Part shown: in pieces, positions 60,871 to 64,000 of the stretch
Layout of the letters: the number at the start of each line of letters is the position of its first letter
Position numbering within the stretch: position 1 is the stretch's first letter
Assembly: GCA_010356995.1 (NCBI GenBank)
Contig: ML996687.1
Coordinates: forward strand, 683,803 to 747,802
Direction of reading: 5' to 3'
Source of the DNA: Trichodelitschia bisporula
Lineage: Eukaryota
Length of the DNA stretch: 64,000 bases
Notes under the pieces: generated by a model
Databases searched by the model: none
What the model was told of the DNA's origin: nothing
The model's input: the letters and a program-made list of their open reading frames with translations, nothing else
Position numbers and translations under genes: made by a program

Positions 60871-62402
60871 CTAGACCTTGATTCCATTAACTTGCCCAAT
60901 CGCACGGCTTTTCGCATGTGCTCCGTTGGTCTGCGGAGGTGGCGGGGGAGGCGGCGGCACAGGTCCGAACGGTCGACGAGCAGCCTCGAGAGTCTCCTCC
61001 TCCGTATCGTCATCATACTCCTCACTGGCGTCATCGTATGCCTCATCATCCTCATCGTCGTACTCGCTATCGGTCTGATCAATATCTGTACCTCGATCTT
61101 GGAGGTTGACCTGTCCGCGACCTTGCGCTTGCATGCCACGGCATAGCTTCTCCAGGTTTTCATTCTTCTTCCGCAGCACCTCCATTTCTTTGGCCGTGCG
61201 AGTGCGTTCCTCAGCCATTTTAAGGATATTTTGATTAGTCGCTTCTTGCTTGCGGGTAAGCGTGAGATTCTCCTTTTCCAGTCGCTTTGTTTTCTTGGAC
61301 ATCTCCTCCATCTCTCTCCGGAAGGTGAGGAAGAGGTCGTTGGAGTTGTTTAGAGTGTCCTCGACCTTGCGAGAGGGTTAAACGAAATTGAAATGAAAGA
61401 TGACCAGCTCGAGGCATACCTGTTTAAATTTCTCCACATAGATGTTCAGCTGGCTGCGAAGTTCAGTTTCGGTCTGCGAGAAGGTCGACACCTGACGCGT
61501 GAGTTGATGCGACTTGGACGATTCCATCTCGTGGACCTTGCGCTGGTGCTCGAGCTTGGCCAGATGGTACTGGATCTCGAGATCTTTCTGGCGCAGCTGC
61601 GACTGGAAATGGAGCTCGCGAAGTTCGTGCTGGTCGACGAAAGACTTGAACTTTGCGCGGAACCTATCAAGTGTAAGCTAAGCTCGCTACACTGGAGGAG
61701 TTGGCTACATTTCGTCAGTCTCGTACGTCTCGCTTTCCTGCTTGGCCGGATCGTGCAGTTCTAATGCCGCTTCGACGTCCGACACGAGACCATCCAGGCG
61801 ATCCTGAAGCTCCTCGCGGAGCTTGAGCTCGTACGCCTCAAGTCGCTGGACGTCAGCGCGAAGCTTGCGATTTTCGTTGTTCGTCTCGCGGGACAGCTTT
61901 TCGAGTTTCTCCTTGATCGTAGTTGTCTTACTCAGCTCGGACTTGGCGGTATCCTTTTCCTTCTGCAACACGTCTGCGCGCTTTTTGGCCTTTTGATACT
62001 CGCGCTCAAGGCGCTTCATGTCGCCATAGAGCTGAGTGTACTTCTTCTGCACAAAGTCGATCCGCTCGAGGGCATCGACGCTAGCCGCCTGTTGTGCGAT
62101 GTCGCGGTTGGCCTTCTTGACTTCACGCTCTACTCGTAGGAGCTGGTTAGGTACGTTACGACAAAGCGGGGATACGCTTAAACCAGGGACACTTGCGCAC
62201 CTATCTCAGCATCCTGTTCGCGATCGCCCGCGGCATCCCGCTCGAGACGAGCCACGGTCTGCTCTAGCAGCTTGTTGGTATCAACAGGTTCCGCCGCCTT
62301 TTTTCCTTTACCCCGTTTGGCGGCGGCAGTCGTGGGGTTTGCACCCGCAGTAGCAGCAGTAGGTGCCATGGGTGTCGTGGCCGAGACGTTCTTCCGTGGC
62401 AT
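60871..62402 (-). CDS. Taxilin-family coiled-coil protein; 3 introns
   Basis: KEKLEKLSRE, LRSQLNIYVEKFKQ|VEDTLNNSNDLFLTFRKEMEEMSKKTKRLEKEN, LEKLCRGMQ, acidic tail. Confidence 0.92.
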
Positions 62403-63558
62403 GATAGGTGGGGCAATCTCGCGGTATGCGGTGACGGCACCGTGACGGACAGAGGTGCCTTAGAACGCAACTCAATTGCGGGAACGCGTGCACTTCCAAT
62501 TCAACCGGAGAAGTCGCTGGAGTATGGTGGAGGCGTCGTGATCGGGTACCGGGGGCGACCGTGTTTGAGAGTTGGAGCGAGGGGACGGTGCGGGCGCTTC
62601 AGGTGCGTGCGCGACCGCTTCGGCGAAGGTTGGCGGAACAGGCACTAAAGAACATGAAGGCGCGCCAGAGGCGCAAGCTGCTGGGTGTGGTGGTTCCTGT
62701 ATATGCTGTGTAAGGATGGGAGAGAACTTTGCGGTTAGTGTGGAGGGAATGCTGGCGGTTGTGGTTGCATGTCTCTTTGATGGCACGGGAATTGGGAAGA
62801 CCCTACTGTGTTCTTGGCTTTAGGCAGGGTGCGCAGCCATCTCAAGGACCGGTCGCCACATGGCCAATGATAGGGCTTGAGCAGCGGGCAAAGTAAATAC
62901 AGATTGCGAAGTCATCTCATCATCAGCTCCTTTTCTTCTCTTGATCCATCAAACAACATCGTTTCCATTGTCAACTCTTCATGTCTCCTTTGCCCTGAAC
63001 ATGACAGCGAATGAAGATCCGTCGAATCTTGAGATCTTGGATTCCAGCGAATCGAAACCGTGCACCTTGCAGCATCAAGGTCCGTGTTCGAAGTGTACGA
63101 TGTGTGTCCTATCGTTTCGGACTTCTTCATGACAACAGCTCCGCCACAACTATCTGCTTCGTAACGGCATTACGGAGTATTGCTCTCCGCAACTTCGCCA
63201 AGTGCATTACATCAGGCCCCATCTGACCACCTTCCATTTTGGTTTATTGCTTCCACTTCAAACCCCACATAACGTGGGACAGATGCAGTGAGGTTGTCAT
63301 TTCGAACTTGGCGACTTCCCTCCAGTAGAGAGGCTTTGCCGATGGTTCCCCTGTTGCCTTTAGACAGGCTTTCTTCGCCCTTCGCCCGGTTTCGTTACGC
63401 CAGAAATTTGCTAGCTTCGGAGCCGGCATGTCACGAGGAAACGCAATCCCGGGCTAATGAAATCGAAGTGACTTTTTCCTATGACGCCGCCGCTGCTGTC
63501 ATTGATCCTCTTTGTCTTTGAAGCTGCTGTGGTCATTTTGTCCCTGGATCGTGTCGTC

Positions 63559-64000
63559 ATGCTCCGCACCAGCCGGCCTCTATGGCCGTTGCAAAGAGTC
63601 ATACCATCTCCTCGTTCTTCGGCCTCCCTCGCCCGGCGGAGCTACGCGTCAGCCGTTGACCTCAGCAACTACCCAAAGCCTGGCGACAAGCTCTACGGTT
63701 TTACGGTCAAGAGAACTGAACAGGTCCCGGAGTTCGAATTGGCAGCTATACAGCTGCAACACGACAAGACGGGCGCAGAGTACCTCCATATTGGCCGCGA
63801 TGACTCCAACAATGTCTTCTCCATTGGCTTCAAGACAAATCCACCAGATGCTACGGGTGTTCCCCACATCTTGGAGCACACAACTCTCTGTGGGAGTGAG
63901 AAGTGGGTTTATCCCGTTGCAATCTGCAGTAACAATAACTGACCATAGTCCAGGTACCCCGTTCGCGACCCCTTCTTCAAGATGCTTCCTCGCTCTCTAT
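63559..64000 (+). CDS. CYM1: Mitochondrial presequence protease (pitrilysin M16C), 5' part; intron about 63903-63953
   Basis: Arg/Ser-rich presequence; [55 protein letters not shown] (inverted HXXEH zinc motif). Confidence 0.96.

Overview
Gene-dense eukaryotic DNA from a filamentous ascomycete (Pezizomycotina; Dothideomycetes-like is only an inference). It is GC-rich, with very short GT-AG introns (mostly 43-60 nt) carrying CTRAC branch points, and it has one 75-N assembly gap. About 27 protein genes could be reconstructed by hand-splicing: NUP84 (partial), a CLC channel, a Dpb3/CHRAC-type histone-fold gene, ARC40, BET1, a MARVEL protein, a divergent SDH1 paralog, an HsbA-like secreted protein, an extensin-like GPI protein, alkaline phosphatase, PEX12, a DHA2 MFS pump, NAT9, RPT4, enolase, a Net1/Dnt1-like protein with a Myb domain, a PTS1-bearing nitronate monooxygenase, taxilin, CYM1 (partial) and several orphans. 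No tRNA, rRNA, transposase or CRISPR was recognised. The most striking observation is the 561-nt first intron of the histone-fold gene (5019-5579), about ten times the local intron size. It is almost entirely filled by nested complementary helices and looks like an unannotated intron-hosted structured RNA. Also notable are a degenerate LOV-domain gene flanked by decayed tandem repeats, a stand-alone R3HCC1-tail-like protein, and a C-rich 5' to G-rich 3' polarity along many genes. Family assignments come from recalled motifs, not database searches.
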